IMG/VR virus record: IMGVR_UViG_3300017774_006743
Coordinates: 1-64,000 of that record
Source: a virus
Taxonomy: Duplodnaviria > Caudoviricetes
Strand: one strand, 5' to 3'
DNA length: 64,000 nt
A program made the translations under genes and the position numbers. The notes beneath the pieces are model-generated. The model was not told the origin of the DNA. It saw only the letters and a program-made list of their open reading frames with translations, and did no database searches. Shown here piece by piece: positions 36,830 through 45,328 of the stretch. Within the stretch, counting starts at the first letter, position 1. Every line of letters starts with the position of its first letter.

Positions 36830-39800
36830 ACTTAATGTCGTTAATATTTACATTACCAGGGAGGTATTTCTTGATATTAATTAGTATTTTATCTTTAATA
36901 CTAGCCTGGAACTCCGTTGATGTGATTGAGGAGTTCTTCACGATTACATCAATATCGGTAGATTTACTTGTTGGTGGTTGGAAGAAGAACATTCTTCTAA
37001 TTTCTTCAATGTTATTTCTTTGACCACATGGGAGAGTGAGTGTAAGATCTTGTATTTTTCGAGATTCTAATAGAAGTGATTGGACCTCATAGTCTTTTAA
37101 AGGGACATTATAGAGTTTAACATTGGATATTGTTGCATCGTTGATAGTATAGTGATTTTTTTGGTTAATCACAGCCATCAATGATGTATTATTGACCATC
37201 CCCGCTGTTCCAATGAATATATCATCATAGAACAGATCATCCAACCGATACTTAGCCGGGTCAAAGGTAATGTTCCCGAGTTTTTGATAATTATTGAATA
37301 TTGTGAAGTTCCCCTGGTTTGTATCACATCTCAAGATAAATGTCCCATTATTTGATAGGTCGGAAGTGTTAATATCAATGTATTCTGTAACAATGTCTTT
37401 TCTATCATAGAGATTAACAAGAGCAATTGAAATCCTTATGGTATCACTTGAACTCCCATGGTCGAACAAGTTATAGTTAGACAAGACATAGTTGTTGTAG
37501 TCAATATAAGAGACATCAGCTGTCAGATTCATGATTTCTACAAGATCCTTGTTGTATTTTGTAATGTTGATGGTGTTATCAACATTTGATTTTGATACAT
37601 ACAATATTTCCGTGTTGAGCTCCCCAGTCTCATCAAATTCACTGATGGTATCAATACGAATTGGTGAAGATGATAAGGAATCAATGCGTGCTGAGGCAAT
37701 AAGTCGTCGATTCTTTGTGAGTTTTACGAGATTGTTAGTGTTTACAACATAAACACACTGCTCATCATCGATAGTGCATAAGGTATTTGAAGAAAGGCTT
37801 GATATAAACGTTTCTTTTGTCTTATCCCTGAAGTTATACCGGAATATTTCATTACCTCCCGATACATAACCATATGTTGTGTCATACTTTATGCACTCCC
37901 CAGCAATTCCATATACAATATCATCATATATTGTTAAGCTCTGTAATGCTTCATCAGGAGTAAATGGTGTTACCTCGTATGCCCCTACTTCAAGTGTTGT
38001 AAGATTGAGGCAAACAGCAGTTCCATCAGCATATAAGAAGTATGCGGTGTCATCATCTTGTGTCCATCCCACATACCCTGCTGCTAACGTCGTGATTAGG
38101 TATTGCTTTAGCACTCCCCCGGTAGACACCCTGTATATTGACCCTTCATTATCGATGATAATTAGATCCTTAAGGTATTTTGATATGATAACTGTTTTGA
38201 TTGTGATTGGTGATAAGGCACCAATTAATATAGTTTCAAATAAGAAATTTAAGTCTGAATTATAGACTTTAAGTTTGTTACCATCAATTATGTAAATAAA
38301 TGGTGTTATCTTGTAGTTTTTGAATATACCAAACCCATATTGATAGGTATTCCCAATTAATTGGTAGAAGTCATTGGTCTTCCAATCAATGTTGTAATCA
38401 AACTTAAGGGTGAATGAGTTATACTTGTTAATCGTTGAAGATGGAATAGAGGCAAACACATTCCCTGTGAGTTCTAAGGTTGTGAGTGGGGTATCATATG
38501 TTGTTATACCATTAAATGTATTTGTTTTACTAATTCCATCGATGGCTAGCCCCTCAATCTCGGAATTATAAGTGGTAATGTCTGTATTTCCTATTCTATG
38601 ATATTCATACCACTTATTTGGAGCTAATACAACATCTGACTTCTTATCAAATATTGGTGATTTTAAGATGTTTGCTGTATATTCAGCATTATTACTAAGA
38701 AGCTTCTCAATATCATCACTAAACGTTGGTGCATACACCGGAAGTGCTGAAAATGCTTGTTGTTTTGTTGTTAGATCTGGGATATAATACCGATCCACCC
38801 AAACACCCTTGGTGTTTATATCACCAGCTGATAACCATGTGGTGAGATAACGACCTCCCTTGTATTCACTTGTCATTTTATCAGCAGATACAATGCGATC
38901 ACTTATTGATGGTGTTGAACCCCCAAAACTTCCATTGACTGCAAAGGTTGAGTCGTTAATATTCAGTTGTTCGTAGGGGTAAAGTGAAGAACTAGTTTGG
39001 AATAAGGTAACTTCCCCAGGTGCTACATATATGTCCTTACTAAACATAATGTAATTCAATGTAATGTGGGGATAACCAGTTTCATCATCATTCCCTGTGG
39101 TTATAGTTGTGTACTCTCTGTGATTAACTGAAGGAACCTCTGGAACCGGATTGTCAAACACTGCCCCTCTGTTGATAGTGTTGGTATCAGTAAATATATT
39201 CTTTAGCTTTAAGTCCCGGAACTTCTTTATAGCTGGATCATTTGAATATTCAAACGTTAGAAGGTGGTTACCCTTGATATTAAACCGGGATTTTGTGTCA
39301 TTAATATGTCCATCTTCAATGTTATCAATATTGTATGATACCCACGATGTATTAATTTTTGGATCAACAGAATTAACCACCTGAACCTTAAGCAAATTGC
39401 TATTAATAAAGCTTCCTGTTGCAACTGATGTCAATGTGAGATTAGATGATTCTGAGGTAACCTCATATACAACCACCCCAGACACACTAGTGAGAGGCTT
39501 ATAAAGAGATAGATAACCATCATCTTGGTCATATAAGCAGTAAAATGTTGTGTTATCAACACCAGAAGGTGAAATACAGAATGTTGATGGTGTCTTTGTG
39601 AAGAAAAAGTCATGATCGTCAAAGACACCCGGTTCATAAGCAAGATAAAATATGCTATCATCAACACAATGGCGGATTTTACAATATAATGAATCAATAA
39701 TAACAATTTCAAAGTATGAATTGTTAACATCGATGATATTACTTGATGGTTGTACTGTTACAGAGTTCCATCCCGGGGTGTATACCTCGTTATATACAGT

Positions 39801-40118
39801 AAATGGTAATACTCCCAGGGTTGAGGGATCATCAAAATATAAGAAACCACCATTGAACTGAATGGTCCCAACAACATTTGATACAACAACTTGTTTTGTA
39901 TCAAAAGAATAGATGTCAGAATCTTTGAGCTTATCGGTGAGGAACAAGAAAGAGTAATTATTGATGGTTGAATCATTAATAGATGACAATCCCATGACAT
40001 TGTTCAATAATAACCCATCACTAAAGGGGTAATCATCTTGTTTGAATTGGAAGAAGCCATCATAGCTTTCGGCATTCTGCGATTTGATCTGTGAAAATGT
40101 TTTTTTCTGAAGACTCAC
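36807..40118 (-). CDS. Large baseplate/fibre-associated structural protein
   Basis: About 1100 aa; GTG 40118 lies 5 nt after TAAATA (40124-40129), which removes the overlap with the next gene. Confidence 0.6.
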   Translation of the reverse strand: MSLQKKTFSQIKSQNAESYDGFFQFKQDDYPFSDGLLLNNVMGLSSINDSTINNYSFLFLTDKLKDSDIYSFDTKQVVVSNVVGTIQFNGGFLYFDDPSTLGVLPFTVYNEVYTPGWNSVTVQPSSNIIDVNNSYFEIVIIDSLYCKIRHCVDDSIFYLAYEPGVFDDHDFFFTKTPSTFCISPSGVDNTTFYCLYDQDDGYLSLYKPLTSVSGVVVYEVTSESSNLTLTSVATGSFINSNLLKVQVVNSVDPKINTSWVSYNIDNIEDGHINDTKSRFNIKGNHLLTFEYSNDPAIKKFRDLKLKNIFTDTNTINRGAVFDNPVPEVPSVNHREYTTITTGNDDETGYPHITLNYIMFSKDIYVAPGEVTLFQTSSSLYPYEQLNINDSTFAVNGSFGGSTPSISDRIVSADKMTSEYKGGRYLTTWLSAGDINTKGVWVDRYYIPDLTTKQQAFSALPVYAPTFSDDIEKLLSNNAEYTANILKSPIFDKKSDVVLAPNKWYEYHRIGNTDITTYNSEIEGLAIDGISKTNTFNGITTYDTPLTTLELTGNVFASIPSSTINKYNSFTLKFDYNIDWKTNDFYQLIGNTYQYGFGIFKNYKITPFIYIIDGNKLKVYNSDLNFLFETILIGALSPITIKTVIISKYLKDLIIIDNEGSIYRVSTGGVLKQYLITTLAAGYVGWTQDDDTAYFLYADGTAVCLNLTTLEVGAYEVTPFTPDEALQSLTIYDDIVYGIAGECIKYDTTYGYVSGGNEIFRYNFRDKTKETFISSLSSNTLCTIDDEQCVYVVNTNNLVKLTKNRRLIASARIDSLSSSPIRIDTISEFDETGELNTEILYVSKSNVDNTINITKYNKDLVEIMNLTADVSYIDYNNYVLSNYNLFDHGSSSDTIRISIALVNLYDRKDIVTEYIDINTSDLSNNGTFILRCDTNQGNFTIFNNYQKLGNITFDPAKYRLDDLFYDDIFIGTAGMVNNTSLMAVINQKNHYTINDATISNVKLYNVPLKDYEVQSLLLESRKIQDLTLTLPCGQRNNIEEIRRMFFFQPPTSKSTDIDVIVKNSSITSTEFQASIKDKILINIKKYLPGNVNINDIKFEYYKDE

Positions 40119-40123
40119 GTGAA

Positions 40124-40141
40124 TATTTAATGGAATAAATA
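40124..40141. promoter_or_regulatory. Divergent late promoter pair
   Basis: TAAATA on - (40124-40129) and + (40136-40141), 6 nt apart. Confidence 0.6.
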
Positions 40142-40148
40142 AGGTTAG

Positions 40149-42056
40149 ATGATTGTCTATAACCACAGCACTCCAGAAAAGCTGATTACAAAGTATTATT
40201 CTGTGGAACAACTCCGGATTTACCCAGTTTGTGAGCTTGCAAAAGATGTTCCTAATGATCTCCTGACAACAACGGACTTCACAATTGTTGAGAGTAAGGA
40301 TACGATGAATTTGGATTTAAGCTTGGCTGTCCTATACAATAACATCACAGATTTGGAATCTGCTCTTCAATTTGCTCGGATTTTAGTTATAAATGGTCCC
40401 CGAATTGATACAAAAACAATAATATTCTATGTTGATCGGATTAATAACGGTCCTTTTGGTGGTCAAGTTGGTGACTATATTGCAAGGCACTTTAGATATG
40501 CAAGTAGTGGTAGAAAAATTAACAATATTGTGGGAGATGCCATTACATCATCTGATATATACGATTATGACCAGAATTTTACTAATCAGTTAATTGACGC
40601 TGCAAAAGACTGCTTGTATGCACCATGCAATTACTTTAACTATAGTAGCGGGATGGGGTTGTTAGATAATCCTGAATATATACCATCGATACACTCAACA
40701 CCACCAGGTGATCTTACTCAAGATATAGCACCACCTGGTGTTCCAGTTGCAAAATCAATATATAACAAGATTTTACCAACGATACAAAATAATCTGCTCA
40801 TGATGAAGCAGTCATTAATGACAATGGGTAAAAATATCACATCTCTGTTTTACACAGATGGGGAATTAAGAGACCAGGATAGAGCCTTTAAAGCTGGTAA
40901 CTCAGCATATAATACCACCGGGGCTTCCCAGGTTACTGTCGATGGTAAAAGCAGACCAGATTATACCACGTACTTTGCTTTTCAAAAAGCTAAGCTCGCT
41001 GTTATGTCTATTACAGCTAATGCGTTGGGGGATTGCGGTCGCATCAATGCATTCTTTAGACAATACAACCCTTATGATTCAGAACAAAATCTGGATAATG
41101 AAAGAGGTTATTATAATCCATATGCAAGATCATACCCAGGTCGCACCAGAGAATCACTCGGGGCTGAACAACCAATTGTTCAAAACCACAACGTTGCCGG
41201 TGAAACCGGAACAGTTATAACTGAAAATGGTGACACCCAAGTCGTCGACTTCGAAGGTGATGGTTATATTGTTTCCCCTACCATTAATATTACAACAAGG
41301 GTATATGGTTATCTCAAGGAGTTTGGATCCCCAAAAGATGATCCATATGTGGGTTCACCCAATGGGGAGACTTCGTGGGATATAATTGGTGGTTCTTTAA
41401 GAAACCCACTAACGTGGCTTGGTTCTACCACATATGCAAAGTACATTCAAACAATTGAAAATACCGAGAGAAAACAAACAATTTCTCAAAATGGTATCAC
41501 TGTTCCAACCATCATAGGTGAGGCGGAAGATACATTATTTATAAGAAGTGCGAACCCCGTCGGTGGGGCTTTTAGAACGTCAAATTGCGGTATTACCTCA
41601 GATCTAGTAAGTTATCTTAACAGCTTTAACATAGGTTTGGGAGACACGTTTAAAGTATTGTTAGATAATGGGTCTGGTCAACCACCTTTAACACTTAAGT
41701 GGGTCGATATTATTGAGGGTGATTCAAATAAACTCTATATTTTTAGACCCCAATATGACCCCGGATTAGATAATATATTAGTGTTTGGGTTTTCAAAACA
41801 AGGTATATCCACCACAGCTGAGGTTATTACAAATTTTGATGAAAGATTTGCATCCCCAAATCCAATAATAGCTGATGAAGATCAGGTTGTACCACCTTTA
41901 CCAGAAGATACACAGATCCAGGGTATATTAGATCAAAGGGAATTACAACCCCGGGGTGCCGATGTACCATCTTTAGAAGGGCCTCTCGAAGGTGGTTCTT
42001 CACTGACACCAGCAAATGGTAACCCGTTATTACCAGCCCCACCACCTGGTTCCTAA
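40149..42056 (+). CDS. Late protein of unknown function
   Basis: 635 aa; TAAATA-N7-ATG; Pro-rich C-terminus. Confidence 0.55.
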   Translation: MIVYNHSTPEKLITKYYSVEQLRIYPVCELAKDVPNDLLTTTDFTIVESKDTMNLDLSLAVLYNNITDLESALQFARILVINGPRIDTKTIIFYVDRINNGPFGGQVGDYIARHFRYASSGRKINNIVGDAITSSDIYDYDQNFTNQLIDAAKDCLYAPCNYFNYSSGMGLLDNPEYIPSIHSTPPGDLTQDIAPPGVPVAKSIYNKILPTIQNNLLMMKQSLMTMGKNITSLFYTDGELRDQDRAFKAGNSAYNTTGASQVTVDGKSRPDYTTYFAFQKAKLAVMSITANALGDCGRINAFFRQYNPYDSEQNLDNERGYYNPYARSYPGRTRESLGAEQPIVQNHNVAGETGTVITENGDTQVVDFEGDGYIVSPTINITTRVYGYLKEFGSPKDDPYVGSPNGETSWDIIGGSLRNPLTWLGSTTYAKYIQTIENTERKQTISQNGITVPTIIGEAEDTLFIRSANPVGGAFRTSNCGITSDLVSYLNSFNIGLGDTFKVLLDNGSGQPPLTLKWVDIIEGDSNKLYIFRPQYDPGLDNILVFGFSKQGISTTAEVITNFDERFASPNPIIADEDQVVPPLPEDTQIQGILDQRELQPRGADVPSLEGPLEGGSSLTPANGNPLLPAPPPGS

Positions 42057-42523
42057 TCAGTTACCTTCACAACATTAACATCGATTATATCTTCTCCATC
42101 AGACAAGGTATTCTCAATAAGTTGTTTGAGTAGATCTTCTCTGTTCATTAAGATCCTAGTATTATTGATATCTTCAACTATCTTTTGTTTTGAATCAATA
42201 TCCATTTGCTTGATCTCTTTAGCACTCTTATTCTTCTCTCTTGTTACATACACCCTATTGAGTGATTCAAGAGCTTGTGATGTTGCTTTGATAATTTCAG
42301 CAAAACCTGTTAGTTCTTTTGGATCAGACCCCGGACCCATCTGTGTTCTTAATTCACCAACAGTTTGAACTGAGTCTCTAATGAGTGTTGCAGCATTTGT
42401 TAGGAGGAATTGCTCTAATTCATCTGTTGTTAGAGTCTGAAGTGGTTGGGTGTGTTGCTCAGAAGATTGTTGTTCCTTAAGCTGATTCACAATATCTGTA
42501 GCAATGTCGTCATATTCTAACAT
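42053..42523 (-). CDS. Possible small terminase subunit (gp16-like)
   Basis: 156-aa helical; AEIIKATSQALESL..K..K.I and C-terminal NNTRILMNREDLLKQL resemble gp16-type proteins. Confidence 0.4.
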   Translation of the reverse strand: MLEYDDIATDIVNQLKEQQSSEQHTQPLQTLTTDELEQFLLTNAATLIRDSVQTVGELRTQMGPGSDPKELTGFAEIIKATSQALESLNRVYVTREKNKSAKEIKQMDIDSKQKIVEDINNTRILMNREDLLKQLIENTLSDGEDIIDVNVVKVTD

Positions 42524-42542
42524 ATAATAATTTAATCAAATC

Positions 42543-42570
42543 TTGATTTTTATCAAATCTGTTATAAAAT
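42543..42570 (+). promoter_or_regulatory. Sigma70-like promoter for dUTPase
   Basis: TTGATT-N16-TAAAAT, 5 nt before ATG. Confidence 0.55.
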
Positions 42571-42575
42571 GAATT

Positions 42576-43238
42576 ATGGCTTTAAAGAAAAAAGTAATTA
42601 AAAAGAAACCTGTTAGAACTGCAAAGTTACAACCAAAAGAAACTCCAGAAATTATAACTGTGGTCGGGGATGTACCTGTAAATTATGTTGAAGTTAGTTC
42701 TGATACCCTAGTAATGAGCGTTGAAGAATCTAAATTACATATTATACCAACTAGTTGGGTTGAAATCGACTGTAAAATTAAGTTCATCCAATCACATCCA
42801 GATGCTAAACTACCAACAAAAGCACATAGTTGTGACAATTGTTGGGATTTATATGCAGTTGAAGATGTTAATATCCCAGCATCGTTTGGTGTTTCAAAGA
42901 ATGGTGTTGTCTCTAGAGTAACAATTGGAAGTGCAATCGTTGATGTTGGTATTACATTAGCAGATATTACACCAGGTTTTGGTTTTGTATTTAAACCTCG
43001 ATCAGGATTAGGGTTTAAGCATGGTGTTTACCCACATCAGGGAGAGATTGATAATGGTTATCGGGGAAATTTAGCAGTAAAAATGTATAACTTCACCGGG
43101 GATGCATATATGGTTAAAAAGGGTGATAAAATCTGCCAGTTTAAGGTTGAAAGAGTTTATGAAACAGTTGTAGAATTTACTGATACAATTGTTGAAGCAG
43201 CTCGAGGTGCTAATGGATTTGGCTCTTCAGGAAAATAG
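42576..43238 (+). CDS. dut: Trimeric dUTPase with N-terminal extension
   Basis: WDL, PRSG, GEIDNGYRG, GDKICQ, RGANGFGSSG. Confidence 0.93.
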   Translation: MALKKKVIKKKPVRTAKLQPKETPEIITVVGDVPVNYVEVSSDTLVMSVEESKLHIIPTSWVEIDCKIKFIQSHPDAKLPTKAHSCDNCWDLYAVEDVNIPASFGVSKNGVVSRVTIGSAIVDVGITLADITPGFGFVFKPRSGLGFKHGVYPHQGEIDNGYRGNLAVKMYNFTGDAYMVKKGDKICQFKVERVYETVVEFTDTIVEAARGANGFGSSGK

Positions 43239-43245
43239 ACATAAT
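43230..43245 (+). promoter_or_regulatory. GGAAA-N5-CATAAT motif upstream of the clamp loader
   Basis: GGAAA ataga CATAAT, 6 nt before ATG 43252. Confidence 0.45.
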
Positions 43246-43251
43246 AGAAGT

Positions 43252-44181
43252 ATGATTAATCTTGATGGTATTCTGACGGAAAAATTTAGACCAAAAACCT
43301 TAGATGAGCTAATTTGTGATGATAAAACCAGAAAACTGGTAACCCAATACAAGAAGAAAGGGGAGATACCAAACCTACTTCTAAGTGGACCAGCTGGAAC
43401 TGGAAAAACTAGTTTAGCAAAGGTAATTGTCAATGATATCCTTGGTTGTCAGTATCTTTACATTAATGCAAGTGATGAGAATGGTATTGACACTATTCGG
43501 AACAAAGTAACGAACTTTGCTCAAGTCAAATCAATTGATGGAAAGGTAAAGGTCATTATCCTTGATGAAGCTGACTTTATTACATCCGGGGGTCAGTCAG
43601 CTCTTCGAGCAACGATGGAGCAATTTGCAGAATACACGAGATTCATCTTGACTTGTAACTACAAGCATAAAATCATCCAACCTCTTCAGTCAAGATGTCA
43701 GCTTATTGTTCCAAAGCTTGATATTCAACATGTTGTAAAGAGATGTCTTCAGATCATTAAGCAAGAAGGTATTGCTGTTCCAGAAGACCAAAAGAAGCCT
43801 CTATTGGAACTGATCAAACAGTATTTCCCTGATGTTCGAAAGACTATCAACGAAATTCAAAGGAATGTAATTGATGGAGCTATTCAGATTCAGTCCAATC
43901 AAGTAGATAGAGAGCTATTTGACAAAGTGACGGACCTTCTCAAAGCAAAGAAGGTAATCGCTTGCCGGAAATATCTAATTGATAACGAAGGTGTGTTTCA
44001 GGGTGATCATCAACAGTTTCTAAAGCAGTATCTAAACTATATCTATGATATTACGATGGATGATGGGACAAAAAAGGCGATGATCGCAACCATCGCCGAG
44101 TTTTTGTATAGAAGTTCGTTTATCCTAGACCAAGAAATTGGGGTATTTCATTGTCTTATACAACTTGAACAGCTGTTATAA
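43252..44181 (+). CDS. gp44: Clamp loader ATPase subunit gp44
   Basis: EKFRP, GPAGTGKTS, INASDENGID, ILDEAD, FILTCN, LQSRC, DQEI. Confidence 0.93.
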   Translation: MINLDGILTEKFRPKTLDELICDDKTRKLVTQYKKKGEIPNLLLSGPAGTGKTSLAKVIVNDILGCQYLYINASDENGIDTIRNKVTNFAQVKSIDGKVKVIILDEADFITSGGQSALRATMEQFAEYTRFILTCNYKHKIIQPLQSRCQLIVPKLDIQHVVKRCLQIIKQEGIAVPEDQKKPLLELIKQYFPDVRKTINEIQRNVIDGAIQIQSNQVDRELFDKVTDLLKAKKVIACRKYLIDNEGVFQGDHQQFLKQYLNYIYDITMDDGTKKAMIATIAEFLYRSSFILDQEIGVFHCLIQLEQLL

Positions 44182-44757
44182 GCCTTTCATGTATTGGCCT
44201 GTGTAGGATGATGAAACCTCCGGGGTTGCCATTGTAGAATTAACTTCTGCTGGCAATACTGTATTAGTGGTGGGCAGATTCGTGTCGGTTGACATGTATC
44301 TGCCCGTTCCCCTGTCTGTTTGACGCGTTGGATGGTCTTTAAAGTCCTCAACAGGTTCTGGTTTGATATTCACCTTTGATTGGTGCTTCCAGGAATCCGG
44401 AATTGGTGGAAGATTTGGATAAAAGTCTTGTACTTCAACAATGTCGATAGGAATTGTAATAAATTCTGTATAACGACCACCACCGGTATCGATTGCAACA
44501 TCAGCATAACCAACTGTTGGTTGTGTTGCATTGGACCCTGGAATCTTCGGTTTTGTTGATACAACACGAATATGCTGGTCTGTCTTAAGAAGATCGTCAA
44601 TCTTTTTCTGCACACCTGGATTCAAGTTTTTGTATTCCTGTGATTTCTTAAAATCTGATTTGAATTTTATTACATCACCAATCAATACACCAGAATTCTG
44701 ATAGCGTTGGTATACATTTTCATAAAGTGATAAAAACTTGCTAGGTGCTTTGTGCAT
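44176..44757 (-). CDS. Late hypothetical protein
   Basis: TAAATA-N6-ATG (44764-44769). Confidence 0.55.
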   Translation of the reverse strand: MHKAPSKFLSLYENVYQRYQNSGVLIGDVIKFKSDFKKSQEYKNLNPGVQKKIDDLLKTDQHIRVVSTKPKIPGSNATQPTVGYADVAIDTGGGRYTEFITIPIDIVEVQDFYPNLPPIPDSWKHQSKVNIKPEPVEDFKDHPTRQTDRGTGRYMSTDTNLPTTNTVLPAEVNSTMATPEVSSSYTGQYMKGL

Positions 44758-44806
44758 AATTAATATTTAGTTTCGATGAAGCCTTTTCAATGATAAATAT
44801 ACGAAG

Positions 44807-45328
44807 ATGGCTATTAGATTAGATTTTCTTGGTCGGGATTCAACAAGAGTACAAGATGAATATCAATATAAAGATGTTCGTCTTGATATTGCCCCATCAT
44901 TTACACGTAATCCCCAAGTTCTACATGAAAATGAACAGGAAGATTTAGAGTCAATCTATGATATTAATGTACTTACAAATTCAATTAAGAATTTCCTCAC
45001 AACTATCCCCGGGCAGAAGCTCCTAAATCCATTTTTTGGTATTGATCTTCGAAAATATTTGTTTGAACCTGTTAATAATCGAATTGCATCAGTTATATCA
45101 TATGACATTAAGTCACAAGTTGGTCTATTTGAACCACGAATCACTATAAACACAGTTAATGTTCAATCACTTCCAGAAGATAACCTATATGTTGTGGAGA
45201 TTTTTTATACTCCAAATCTAACAGACAACAAAGAACCAATTAAGCTCGAAGGGGTTCTTAATAGTGATGGGTATTTCATTATAAATACAAATACTGACGT
45301 TCAGACCCAGGTACCTTTCTATCTATGA
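44807..45328 (+). CDS. gp25: Baseplate wedge protein gp25
   Basis: NSIKNFLTTIPGQKLLNPFFGIDLRKYLFEP..FEPRI; TAAATA-N7-ATG (44794-44799). Confidence 0.88.
   Translation: MAIRLDFLGRDSTRVQDEYQYKDVRLDIAPSFTRNPQVLHENEQEDLESIYDINVLTNSIKNFLTTIPGQKLLNPFFGIDLRKYLFEPVNNRIASVISYDIKSQVGLFEPRITINTVNVQSLPEDNLYVVEIFYTPNLTDNKEPIKLEGVLNSDGYFIINTNTDVQTQVPFYL

Noticed and set aside
40119-40211. Apparent overlap between the 1134-aa and 635-aa divergent ORFs, and similar overlaps at 28345-28389 and 32090-32155
   Set aside because: Artefacts of longest-ORF starts; starts next to TAAATA remove the overlaps.
4200-42620. NLS-like basic tracts in several proteins (KRGRKKRK, KPRKKR, KRRKR, KKKVIKKK) suggesting a eukaryotic host
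   Set aside because: Basic tails are common in phage nucleic-acid-binding proteins; gp55, sigma70-like promoters and lipoproteins point to a bacterial host.
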